DNA from: Malacoraja senta
Taxonomy: Eukaryota
Direction of reading: 5' to 3'
Length of the DNA: 64,000 nucleotides
NCBI GenBank assembly: GCA_038087875.1
Contig: CM075981.1
Location: 62,868,001-62,932,000, forward strand
In this document: one piece after another, positions 62,234 through 64,000 of the stretch
Layout: every line of letters begins with the position of its first letter
Position numbering within the stretch: the first letter of the stretch is position 1
The notes under the pieces: generated by a model
Told to the model about the DNA's origin: nothing
Seen by the model: the letters and a program-made list of their open reading frames with translations, nothing else
Database searches by the model: none
Position numbers and translations under genes: made by a program

Positions 62234-62287
62234 CTTGCTGGGGTTGGCGTTCTCGGCCTCCTTTGACCGAGTAGACAGTGTTTGCAG
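62234..62287 (-). CDS. CLUAP1: Candidate in-frame cassette exon of CLUAP1: LQTLSTRSKEAENANPSK
   Basis: Long pyrimidine tract plus gaag acceptor; AAG|gtcagt donor; 54 nt, phase 0-0 like the flanking intron; no stop. Confidence 0.45.
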
Positions 62288-62547
62288 CTTCATGGGAGCA
62301 AGAATGGAAAGCAACAAAAAAAGATTTAACTCAAACTCAGCCAAAAGCAGCAAGGCTGGACTGATTTTACTAATGGTGAGCAGTTTGGGATAATTACAGA
62401 AAGGGAAGTAAGAGATGGGCATTGTGGTGGGAAATGGACTGAGGAAGCCATGGTTAAGGATTGAAAGGACAAGAGCCCATTCTGGTGCAACAAACGCTGG
62501 CATCTCTGAGCCGCGAGTGTGAGATCGGAAGCGGTTTGGTCTCTTAC

Positions 62548-62603
62548 CTCATCCTCTGTGTCCCCTCCGTGCATCGTCCCAACCACGCGACCACCAACTC
62601 TCC
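62548..62603 (-). CDS. CLUAP1: CLUAP1 exon: (G)RVGGRVVGTMHGGDTEDE
   Basis: ttgacag acceptor and GAG|gtaaga donor; 56 nt. Matches recalled human GRPGKRIVGTMQGGDSDDN. Confidence 0.9.
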
Positions 62604-62957
62604 CTGTCAACAGTGAGCGGTTGATTAAAGCTGGATGCCCAAACACAAAACAGCGGCAGACAAGTTACATACATGAGTTGCAGGCTCACAGCCCAAACTC
62701 AAACTGTGTCAGTGAAAGCAGAAACTGATGTATTATTACACAGAAAAATGAAAAAGCAACAGCGAGACGTGTAATCAGCCTCCATTGAGTATTGCTGAAA
62801 TGAAGCTGACAAATTGACAAAGCAGCAGTGACGAATTCAACCATTAACTGCAGGAGATGAGTGCAGAGTTTTTGTATCCTGGCTATTCTCATTTACAGGA
62901 TAGATCCATTGGTCTTGAAACCCCTCCACGTTAACCTCACCTCAGGCAGCCACGTAC

Positions 62958-63068
62958 CGTGAATTGGCAGCTCCCTAGTGAGGCGTGGCTTCAGTGGGCG
63001 TCTGTCCTCCATGTCACTGTCGGAGCCCTCGTCCTCCTGCATCTCCATGTCAGAATCATCTTCTTTGC
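62958..63068 (-). CDS. CLUAP1: CLUAP1 exon: (G)KEDDSDMEMQEDEGSDSDMEDRRPLKPRLTRELPIH(G)
   Basis: ccgcag acceptor and G|gtacgt donor; 111 nt, phase 1-1. Matches recalled [25 protein letters not shown]. Confidence 0.88.
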
Positions 63069-64000
63069 CTGCGGGTTGGAAAGGTTGGTTTGTAATTGTC
63101 ACATGCACCCTGCCACAGTGCAAACCTTTTGTTTATTTGCTAGCCAATTAAATCACATCATACCATTTCATACCATACATAAGTAAAAATATCAAAGTAC
63201 TGAATATAATGTTACAGCGTTAGTTACAGAGACAATGTCCAATTAAACGAATCCCCACTGATATAGTACCTTTAATGCTGTGAAACATTCCAAAATGCTC
63301 CAGTGGTGACATTTGGGCAAGAATTCCAGAAGTTGCAGGCATCACTATCAGTGCATATCAAATGGGGGAAGCAAAAGGCACAGAATTGCAGGAATTTAAA
63401 TTTCTCAATTTTTCAAGGTTGGAGATGTTATAGAAAGGACACAGTCATTGGAATAAGTTAGTTATCTCAAACTGACGTGTTTTTAACCACAAACCTAAGT
63501 AGGTCAGTTTGAACAGGGGTGATATGTGAATGGGAATGGGTACGTCAAGGCCAGGACTGCAGGATTTTGGATAACCTCCAGTTTATCAGGGCTGACTGAG
63601 GGAGGCAGCTGGTCAAGGAGCAGATTCAAGGATTGAGAAAGGTGGGAATAGGTCATCCTGGTAATGGCATAGATTGTCGGCCCCTGTTCAGCTTTCTAAC
63701 AATCTGATTTGGTTTCAGACATGTCAGGACACAGGATGGAGTCAGAACATTCAAGAGGTCGCTGGCTTGTGTTTTAAAGTGAAGGATGTGATTGATGGTT
63801 GTGGGAGATGGCAGAACAATTTCAGTGCCTTTTCACTTGTCCTAGGGAGTGACGTTTGGTTTGTCGGGCTGAATGAAGGAAAGACACTTTGTGGTGAACC
63901 GAGAGTATGTTTACCAGAGTTCAGTAGATGCAAGTCACCTTGGTGAGCTGACAGAGGGGAACCAAGATTCAAACATGAAGGTCTGGACAAGGTAGCCCTG

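Overview
Vertebrate genomic DNA, most likely a cartilaginous fish (skate/ray), inferred from its V-SINE/HE1-type SINEs, CR1 LINEs and Penelope-type repeats. The + strand carries the 3' coding exons of RAB11FIP3: 13 distinct exons from 1692 to the stop at 57223, with the 5' exons upstream of the window. The - strand carries the last three coding exons of CLUAP1/IFT38 (61117-63068), tail-to-tail with RAB11FIP3. A ~20.65 kb block (11895-32546) recurs almost identically at 32747-53395 across a 200-N gap. It duplicates seven RAB11FIP3 exons and is most likely a false (assembly) duplication. Introns are packed with nested TEs: CR1, Rex1/Babar, V-SINEs, RTE-type non-autonomous elements, a Tc1 IR/DR end and a non-autonomous Helitron. 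The most notable signal is a foldback repeat family with 8-15 bp TSDs that carries a minimal hammerhead-ribozyme motif of Penelope type. Other observations are a GC-AG intron, a CxxC cassette exon, a candidate extra CLUAP1 exon, candidate internal first exons and a templated insertion in a CR1 3' tail. I see no prokaryotic features and no wholly new multi-gene system. Gene and repeat identities are from recalled similarity, not database searches.
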